DNA of 36,745 bases from an uncultured Sphingomonas sp. (GTDB taxonomy: Bacteria > Pseudomonadota > Alphaproteobacteria > Sphingomonadales > Sphingomonadaceae): positions 1 through 36,745 of the forward strand of contig CAXTNG010000004.1 of the NCBI GenBank assembly GCA_964245475.1, in the 5' to 3' direction. Every line of letters starts with the position of its first letter. Position 1 is the first letter of the stretch. The notes beneath the pieces were generated by a model. The model worked only from the letters and a program-made list of their open reading frames with translations, was not told the DNA's origin and ran no database searches. Positions 30,361 through 36,745 of the stretch are shown here, in pieces. A program made the position numbers and the translations under genes.

Positions 30361-31137
30361 GTGGGCCAGGTTACCTCGCGGGTGTCGGACGAGTTGGAGG
30401 CGGCGCTCAACCGCTGGGCGGCGGGCGAAGGCATGCAGCGCTCCGATCTTGTCCGGCAGATCCTGACGGAAGCAGTCGACGCGCATCGCGAGGGCCGTGC
30501 GCGGTTCGAGCGCCCCGAGCTGCCTGGGCCGGCCGACCTCCAGCATCTTGCAGCCCGCCTGGACGCGCAGACGACCGAACTCGACCGCGTGCTTCGGCAT
30601 AACGCCAAGCGCGACGCCGAGCTCACCCGCCAAGCGCGTAACGATACGCGCGGAGTAAGTGAAGCCAGGGACGCGATCGTCGCTGATGTAGCAATGCAGA
30701 CGCGTGCCGCGCTCGAGGTCGTGCACGGCGAGCTGGTGCGCACGCGCGAGGAGCTGGAGACGCTCCTGCGGAGTCTGCCCCAACTCGTCGGGATCGACAG
30801 CAAGCTCGACCGGGTGCTGGAAGCCGCGCGTGCGCCGAGGGTCACCAAGACCTACAATATCGGGCCTGGAGACTGGTCGGCGGGCATGCTCGCCATGGCG
30901 GGATTCATCGCGACGGTGGTCGGCATGTTCGCCTTCGTGGCGCTGGCGGCCGTGTTGCCCGAGCGATGGCTTGAGCTCAGGGTCGCGAACAAGATGCTTG
31001 GTGGGGGCGATCGGGCGATCTGCCGGCTCATCGATTACCATTATGACACTGGCCTGATGGATTGCCGCACGGCCGTCACCAGCCGTATGGTGACCGTGAC
31101 GGCCAAATCTCCCCGCCCGGCAGGGCCTGGTCGATGA
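30361..31137 (+). CDS. Putative relaxosome accessory protein (N-terminal RHH, coiled coil, C-terminal TM helix)
   Basis: VTSRVSDELEAALNRWAAGEGMQRSDLVRQIL has a CopG-like RHH pattern. Hydrophobic stretch MLAMAGFIATVVGMFAFVALAAVL. Its stop overlaps the relaxase ATG. Confidence 0.65.
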   Translation: MGQVTSRVSDELEAALNRWAAGEGMQRSDLVRQILTEAVDAHREGRARFERPELPGPADLQHLAARLDAQTTELDRVLRHNAKRDAELTRQARNDTRGVSEARDAIVADVAMQTRAALEVVHGELVRTREELETLLRSLPQLVGIDSKLDRVLEAARAPRVTKTYNIGPGDWSAGMLAMAGFIATVVGMFAFVALAAVLPERWLELRVANKMLGGGDRAICRLIDYHYDTGLMDCRTAVTSRMVTVTAKSPRPAGPGR

Positions 31138-34118
31138 TCTCGGTCGCCGCGGTTTCCTCAGCCGGGGACGCGGCGACCTATTACGCCAAGGACAATTATT
31201 ACACGGCCGACCAGCATGAGGGCGCAAGCGCCTGGGCCGGACGAGGTGCATCCGAGCTTGGCTTGGTAGGCCCTGTCGATGCGGCGTCGTTCGAGCGTGT
31301 GCTCGCGGGCGCGCTGCCCGACGGCAGCGTCATTGACGCCAAACGCGGCGAGCACCGGCCGGGTTGGGATGTGACCATGTCGGCGTCCAAATCGGTGTCG
31401 ATCCTGGCGCTGGTTGGTGGCGATCAGCGGCTTGTCGATGCGGTACGTGGTGCTGCGCTCGCGACCCTCGGCTGGGTTGAGCGCACGATCGCCGAGGCAC
31501 GGACCTGGAACGGCCGCGGCCAGCAGGTGGAGCGCACGGACAAGCTGGTCGCGGCGACCTTCCTCCACGACGTCAACCGCAACGGCGAGCCGCAGCTCCA
31601 CGTCCATGCCGTCATCGCGAACGCGACCCGTACAGCGGACGGCAAGTGGCACGCGCTGCGCTCCGACGAGATCTACAATCGGCAGCATGTCATGGGCGCG
31701 GTGTTCAACGCTGAGCTCAGGACGCGGGTGGAGCAACTCGGTTATGCGACGATCCCGGCGCAGAACCCACGGGACGGCGCCTTCGAGATCGCCGGGGTTC
31801 CTCGCCATATGGTCGACGCCTTTTCCACCCGCTCGGCCGAGATCGGCGCGCATCTCGCGGCCGAAGGCCGGCAGGGTACGGCGCGCGAGCGCGAGCTAGC
31901 GGCGCTTGCTACCCGAGGCGCCAAGACACCGGCGCTATCGCCAGAGATGCGCGGAGAGGGATGGCGTGCATTGGCGGCGAAATGTGGGTTGAGCGTGGAT
32001 GACCTAGCTACTGCGGCGTTGGAGAGCGCTGGGCGTGGCGAAACCATCTGGTCGCGGCTGACGAGTGGCCTGCGCAACGTGGGGGAGCGAGGGTTGGCGG
32101 TGGTGGCGCGCATGGGGTTGACGCCGCAGGATGGCGATCCGCTTGTCCCCGAGCGTCTCGGCCGGCTGGAGCCGCATGCCTTTGCGGCGGCTCAGGTGGT
32201 CGCATCCGCGGTGCGCGACCTAGGCGAGCGCGAGGCAGCGTTCGACCGGCTGGACCTGATCCGCGCGGCACTCGAACGTGGCGGGCCGATAACGGTGGCA
32301 GGCGTCGAGGCACGGATCGGGCTGCTCGAGACGAAGCGCCTGCTGCTCGGCGATGGCGATCGCATGGTAACGACCGATGGCGCGTTCCGGCTGGAACAGG
32401 CCCACTTGGCCGCGGTGAAGGCAGGGAAAGGCGCCTCCGCCCCGATCGTACCCGGACGCGAGGCCGCGATACGCGCGCAGGACGTCGCGCGCGAGTTGGG
32501 CTTGCGCCGTCTCAATTCTGGGCAGGAGGCAGCCGCTACGCTGATTCTGGCGTCGTCGGACAGGGTCGTGAACGTGCAGGGCGGACCCGGGCGCGGCAAG
32601 TCGGCCGTGCTGGCCCCTGTGGTGACGATCGCCAAGGCGGAAGGGCGCAACGTCATGGGGCTCGCGGTCGCGAGCCGCACCGCCCGGGCGCTGGGCCGCG
32701 AGACGGGTGCCGATTCATCGACAGTCGCGGGCTTCCTTGCCCGGCATGCGCGCGTGATCGATGGCGAGGCGTCGCCGGCGCAGGGTGCCCGTGCGACGGC
32801 GGAATTGGCTGGCGCGGTCCTGCTCCTGGACGAGGCGAGCCAGGTCGGCACCCGCGACATGGAGCGACTGACCCGGCTTGCCAATCTGACGGGAGTCGCG
32901 CGGTTGGTGCAGGTGGGCGATACCCGCCAATTGGGCGCGGTGGACGCCGGCAAGCCATTCTCGCTGAGCCAGGCGGCAGGCCATGCGACGGCCCACCTGA
33001 CCGAGAATCTGCGGTCCCGGTCCGGCCAGATGAAGGCGGTCACGGCTGCTCTCGATCGTGGCGATGTGCGTACCGCATTCGAGGTGCTGCGGCCCGAGAC
33101 GATCGAGGCAGCGCGGGACCAGGTTCCCCTCATCGCCGCGGGCATGTGGGCGGCGGTGCCGCCGGCGGAGCGTGAGAACACCTTGCTGCTCGCCTCCGGC
33201 CGCGCGATGCGTGCGGCTGCGAATGCGGCAGTGCAGAGCGAGCTGAAGGCGTCGGGCGAGCTAGGCAGCCGATCGGTCAGCCTTTCCGTGCTCGATCGGG
33301 TCACGGTGACGCGGGAAGGTGCTCGGCAGGAGCGGGCCTACCAGCCCGGCCGGGTGGTCGAGTTCAGGACCGACCTGCCGAGCCAGCAGCTGGCACGGGG
33401 CGGTCGGGGCGTTGTGGTCGGGGTCCAACGCGGGCAGGTTGTGCTGCGCCTGGCGGATGGTCGTCACCGCTTGCTTCTGCCCGACCGGTTGCCTCGCAAC
33501 CTCCGGCACGACGCGGTGTCGATCTACGCCATCAAGCAGGTGGAGCTGCACGCGGGCGACCGAATCCGCTGGACGGACAACGACCATGGCCGCGACATGC
33601 TCAATGCCGGGCTAGCCCGGGTGGAGACGATCGGCGAGCGGTCGATTACCGTGTCATCGCTCGTCGATGGCACGGTCCACGAGCTGGCCAAGGGCGACCG
33701 CATGCTGGAGCGGCTCGACCTCGCCTATGCGCTCAACGTCCATGCCGCGCAGGGCGTTACCGCCGAGCGCGGCATCGTCATGATGAGCGCGGCCGAGCGC
33801 CGGCTCGCATCCGAAAACGCCTTCCTGGTCGCCGTGACCCGCATCGCCGACAAGGTGGCGTTGGTGGTCGACAGCGGGCGCGGCCTAGAGCGTGCTGTGC
33901 TGCGCAATCCGGGCGTGAAGACGTCGGCGATCGAGGCCGTGCAAGCGACCGGGGACAATCCTACCCGGCTGGGCGAGACCGGTGTCGCTCGTATCGTTGC
34001 CATGCGCGAGCGCCTGGCCCGGGATCCATCGCTCGACCTCACCGCGCACCGTGTCGCCGTCGAGCCCAGGGCGCCCGACCTGCCCTTTCCGGAGAAGGAC
34101 ATCAGCCTGGAATTGTGA
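31134..34118 (+). CDS. MOBF (TrwC/TraI-type) relaxase with C-terminal helicase domain
   Basis: YYAKDNYY tyrosines, RPGWDVTMSASKSVS, HDVNRNGEPQLHVH (HUH), FSTRS, Walker A QGGPGRGKS, LLDEASQ, GDTRQLGAV.AG, AYALNVHAAQG.T. ATG at 31134. Confidence 0.95.
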   Translation: MISVAAVSSAGDAATYYAKDNYYTADQHEGASAWAGRGASELGLVGPVDAASFERVLAGALPDGSVIDAKRGEHRPGWDVTMSASKSVSILALVGGDQRLVDAVRGAALATLGWVERTIAEARTWNGRGQQVERTDKLVAATFLHDVNRNGEPQLHVHAVIANATRTADGKWHALRSDEIYNRQHVMGAVFNAELRTRVEQLGYATIPAQNPRDGAFEIAGVPRHMVDAFSTRSAEIGAHLAAEGRQGTARERELAALATRGAKTPALSPEMRGEGWRALAAKCGLSVDDLATAALESAGRGETIWSRLTSGLRNVGERGLAVVARMGLTPQDGDPLVPERLGRLEPHAFAAAQVVASAVRDLGEREAAFDRLDLIRAALERGGPITVAGVEARIGLLETKRLLLGDGDRMVTTDGAFRLEQAHLAAVKAGKGASAPIVPGREAAIRAQDVARELGLRRLNSGQEAAATLILASSDRVVNVQGGPGRGKSAVLAPVVTIAKAEGRNVMGLAVASRTARALGRETGADSSTVAGFLARHARVIDGEASPAQGARATAELAGAVLLLDEASQVGTRDMERLTRLANLTGVARLVQVGDTRQLGAVDAGKPFSLSQAAGHATAHLTENLRSRSGQMKAVTAALDRGDVRTAFEVLRPETIEAARDQVPLIAAGMWAAVPPAERENTLLLASGRAMRAAANAAVQSELKASGELGSRSVSLSVLDRVTVTREGARQERAYQPGRVVEFRTDLPSQQLARGGRGVVVGVQRGQVVLRLADGRHRLLLPDRLPRNLRHDAVSIYAIKQVELHAGDRIRWTDNDHGRDMLNAGLARVETIGERSITVSSLVDGTVHELAKGDRMLERLDLAYALNVHAAQGVTAERGIVMMSAAERRLASENAFLVAVTRIADKVALVVDSGRGLERAVLRNPGVKTSAIEAVQATGDNPTRLGETGVARIVAMRERLARDPSLDLTAHRVAVEPRAPDLPFPEKDISLEL

Positions 34119-34130
34119 CCCAAACGCCTA

Positions 34131-34160
34131 GCGCCCGCCGCGGACGGGCCGGGCGGGCGC
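34131..34160. terminator. GC-rich hairpin between convergent genes, possible terminator
   Basis: GCGCCCGCC (34131-34139) pairs with GGCGGGCGC (34152-34160). There is no strong U tract. Confidence 0.35.
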
Positions 34161-34230
34161 TTCGGTGTTCAGCGAGGCGTGGCAACCTGATGGCCCGAAG
34201 GCCAAAGGACCGCCTGCTCTGATCCCTCGA

Positions 34231-34467
34231 TCAGTTGCTGTCGTCGTTGTCCGCGATGATGATGATGCCGGCCACCACTGCGGCCGCGGCGATGATCGCC
34301 ACGACGAGGCCGCCGCCGGCGATCTTGCTCTTCTTGGCGGTCGGCGCGCCGGCGCGCGCCGACTTGGCGACCGACAGGCTGGCAGCGGGATTGGCCGAAG
34401 CGGCCATGGCCGGCGCGGCCGACATTGACACGATTGCAGCCGCGGCGAGCAAATTGGTGAACTTCAT
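34231..34467 (-). CDS. Small exported or membrane-anchored protein (78 aa)
   Basis: GAGGGAG RBS before ATG 34467. Signal peptide MKFTNLLAAAAIVSMSAAPAMA, an Ala/Ser/Lys linker, a hydrophobic helix GGGLVVAIIAAAAVVAGIIII and an acidic tail. Confidence 0.75.
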   Translation of the reverse strand: MKFTNLLAAAAIVSMSAAPAMAASANPAASLSVAKSARAGAPTAKKSKIAGGGLVVAIIAAAAVVAGIIIIADNDDSN

Positions 34468-34676
34468 CGACTTTCTCCCTCGGTATCGCGCCACCCTATC
34501 GCAGACCCCCGTTTTTCCGGCAACCCCGCCCCGCGATTTACCGATGATGTGGCCCGGCGGATACAGGTGGGCAAGCTTGCGGCGTGCAGCGTCTGCGGGC
34601 AGGCGGCGATTTCCCGGGGGCGGATTCCCTTTTCGTTCGTGCCCGCTATGCTCGTGGCGATCAGGCCGGAGCCGTC

Positions 34677-35636
34677 ATGAACGCCATCGCTTTCCCTCGA
34701 CCGCTCCTCGCCCTTCCCCGGATCGTCGCCACGGCCGAGCCGCATGTGCAGGCGCGGTTCGTGGAGTTCTTTGCCGCGACGATCCGCAATGCCAACACGC
34801 GGCGCGCTTATGCGCGCGCCGCGTGCGATTTCCTCGGCTGGTGTGCGGACGTGGGCGTCACCGCCCTCCCCCAGGTGACGCCGCTCCATGTCGCGACCTG
34901 GATCGAGCAGCTCGGTCTTACGCTCTCGGTGCCGACGGTAAAGCAGCGGCTCGCTGCGGTCCGCCACCTGTTCGATTGGCTGGTGCGCAGCCAGATCGTG
35001 GCGCAGAGCTCAGCGGTCTCGGTGCGCGGCCCGGCGCACAGCGCGCGGACCGGCAAGACGCCGGTGCTCGATCCCTTGGAGGCGCGCGCGCTGATCGACG
35101 CGATTAACGTCTCGACGCCGGCGGGCCTGCGCGACCGTGCGCTGATCGGGCTGATGGTCTACAGCTTCGCGCGCGTCGGCGCGGCGCTGGCCTGCCGTGT
35201 CGAGGACGTCTTCACCCAGAACCGGCGCCTCTGGGTGCGCCTGCACGAGAAGGGCGGCAAGCGGCACACGATGCCGTGTCATCACAATCTGGAGGAGTAT
35301 CTCCACGCCTATCTCGACGGCTGCGACCTGGCGGACGACCGCAAGGGGCCGTTGTTCCGCACGATCGCGCGCGGCACCGGGCAGCTGAGCCGGACCCCCC
35401 TGCCCCAGGCCAATGCCTATCAGATGGTGCGCCGGCGCGCTGCGGCGGCCGGGATCGCGACGCCGATCGGCAATCATTCGTTCCGCGCGACCGGGATCAC
35501 CGCGTACCTCAAGAACGGCGGCACGCTGGAGCGCGCGGCGGCGATGGCGAACCACGCGTCGACGCGGACCACCCAGCTCTACGACCGTCGACGCGACGAC
35601 GTGACCTTGGATGAGGTCGAGCGGGTGATGATCTGA
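34677..35636 (+). CDS. Tyrosine recombinase/integrase, probable plasmid multimer resolvase
   Basis: NTRRAY N-terminal domain, LRDRALIGLMVYSFARV (catalytic R), EKGGK, HSFRATGIT (HxxR), ANHAS..TTQLY. Confidence 0.92.
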   Translation: MNAIAFPRPLLALPRIVATAEPHVQARFVEFFAATIRNANTRRAYARAACDFLGWCADVGVTALPQVTPLHVATWIEQLGLTLSVPTVKQRLAAVRHLFDWLVRSQIVAQSSAVSVRGPAHSARTGKTPVLDPLEARALIDAINVSTPAGLRDRALIGLMVYSFARVGAALACRVEDVFTQNRRLWVRLHEKGGKRHTMPCHHNLEEYLHAYLDGCDLADDRKGPLFRTIARGTGQLSRTPLPQANAYQMVRRRAAAAGIATPIGNHSFRATGITAYLKNGGTLERAAAMANHASTRTTQLYDRRRDDVTLDEVERVMI

Positions 35637-35639
35637 CAA

Positions 35640-35677
35640 GTCGACATGAAGACGTGTCGACGCGTCTTCATATCGAC
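35640..35677. repeat. 38-bp near-perfect palindrome (15-bp arms, 8-bp spacer)
   Basis: GTCGACATGAAGACG-TGTCGACG-CGTCTTCATATCGAC. The arms are complementary at 14 of 15 positions, and it starts 3 nt after the recombinase stop. Confidence 0.8.
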
Positions 35678-35697
35678 ACTGCGTTATCCGGGTAGTC

Positions 35698-35738
35698 TTG
35701 TTCTTGTGAACGGATGGGTTATATTTCGCTCACAGGAG
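35698..35738 (+). promoter_or_regulatory. Candidate toxin-antitoxin promoter with inverted-repeat operator and RBS
   Basis: TTGTTC (35698) - 16 nt - TATATT (35720). An imperfect inverted repeat, CTTGTGAACG (35703-35712) and CGCTCACAGG (35727-35736), flanks the -10. AGGAG at 35734-35738. Confidence 0.5.
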
Positions 35739-35745
35739 CAACCGA

Positions 35746-36126
35746 ATGCCCGATGCCGTACTGCAAACCACAGATGCCGAAGCGCCCCGCGTGCTGAGTG
35801 AGGCGGTAGGGCGGATCGCCGACTTCTGGCAGATGTCGAACGCGCGGCTCGGTGCCGTCATCGGCCTGTCGGGTCCGACCGTCTCGCGGCTCCGCAGCGG
35901 CAGCTACCGGCTGGAGCCCGGCAGCAAGCCCTTCGAGCTCGCCCAGCACCTGCTGCGCCTGTTCCGCTCGCTCGACGCCTGGCTGGGCGGCGACGACCTC
36001 GCGGCGCGCTCCTGGCTCGCCACCTCCAATCTCGACCTGGGCGCCCCCCCGCTGGAGCTGATCGCGAGCGTGCGCGGCCTGCTCCGCACGAGCGACTATG
36101 TCGACGGCCTCAGAGCCAGGGTTTGA
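35746..36126 (+). CDS. Antitoxin, Xre/MbcA/ParS family
   Basis: HTH region LGAVIGLSGPTVSRLR and C-terminal LLRLFRSLD..G.D..ARSWL..N.DLG..P.ELI..V.GL. Overlaps a RES gene. Confidence 0.88.
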   Translation: MPDAVLQTTDAEAPRVLSEAVGRIADFWQMSNARLGAVIGLSGPTVSRLRSGSYRLEPGSKPFELAQHLLRLFRSLDAWLGGDDLAARSWLATSNLDLGAPPLELIASVRGLLRTSDYVDGLRARV

Positions 36127-36745
36127 CGCGGTTCCGTACCGCGGCCGGGTGATCCGGATCGTCGAGGCGCAGCACCGCATCTCCACCAATCGCCTCGCCG
36201 CCAGCGCGGCCGACCAGGCCTTGCTCGAGGCGCTCGCGGACGAGGTGAAGCCCGCCCTGCCCCCGGCCGCGCAGCGCCTGCCCTGGCTGCTCGCCTCGCC
36301 GTTCCGCTACGGGCTCGGCCGCCCGTCGCGCTTCCGCAGCGCGGACACCTGGCCGGGCATCTTCTACGCCTCGGAAGCAATCGAGACCGCGGTGACGGAA
36401 GCGGCCTATTGGCGGCTCGCCGCGTTCGCGCGCTCCCCCGGCTTCCAGCGGCCGAGGACGCCAACGCCGATGTCGGCCTTTTCGGTTACCGCCGATACGC
36501 CGCGCGCGATCGACCTTACCCGCGGCGCATGGGCCGAGCCGCCCGGCCGCTGGACGCACCCGAGCGACTATGCCGCGACCCAGGTGCTGGGCGCCCGGGC
36601 GCGTGCGGCCGACATGGCTGCGATCCGGGCACCCTCGGCGCGCCACCCGGGCGGGATCAACCTCGCCGTGCTCGATCCCGCAGCCCTGGTCCCCCCGCCC
36701 CGCCCGCATTCGAGCTGGGCGTTCCTCGCGGTCGGCGACGGCGCG
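36098..36745 (+). CDS. RES-domain toxin (NAD+-consuming family), 3'-truncated
   Basis: Absent from the ORF track because there is no stop in the window. Hand translation from ATG 36098: MSTASEPGFDAVPYRGRVIRIVEAQHRIST..SPFRY..SRFR..GIFYASEAIETAVTEAAYWR..DYAATQ..IRAPSARHPGGINLAVLDP. Confidence 0.88.
   Translation, partial: MSTASEPGFDAVPYRGRVIRIVEAQHRISTNRLAASAADQALLEALADEVKPALPPAAQRLPWLLASPFRYGLGRPSRFRSADTWPGIFYASEAIETAVTEAAYWRLAAFARSPGFQRPRTPTPMSAFSVTADTPRAIDLTRGAWAEPPGRWTHPSDYAATQVLGARARAADMAAIRAPSARHPGGINLAVLDPAALVPPPRPHSSWAFLAVGDGA

Overview
High-GC alphaproteobacterial DNA, probably from a sphingomonad (inferred from gene style, not proven), that looks like most of a mobilizable plasmid. 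About 29.8 kb (193-29967) is a Wzx/Wzy-type surface polysaccharide cluster. It holds wzx, wza, wzc, two polymerase/ligase-like membrane proteins and five glycosyltransferases. It also encodes a CDP-glucose-derived branched-sugar pathway (rfbF, rfbG, 3,5-epimerase, C-methyltransferase, reductase), GDP-6-deoxyhexose genes (gmd, rmd-like), ugd, an NDP-heptose module (hldE, gmhB, GT9, AGE-family isomerase, no gmhA) and a Tat-exported beta-helix protein. Plasmid backbone genes flank it. On the left is the 3' part of a ParG-like ribbon-helix-helix gene. On the right are a candidate oriT, an RHH/coiled-coil/membrane accessory gene, a MOBF relaxase-helicase, a small exported peptide, a tyrosine recombinase followed by a 15-8-15 palindrome, and an Xre/RES toxin-antitoxin pair truncated by the window end. 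hldE and ugd each carry one frameshift. All calls come from reading motifs by eye; no database searches were run.
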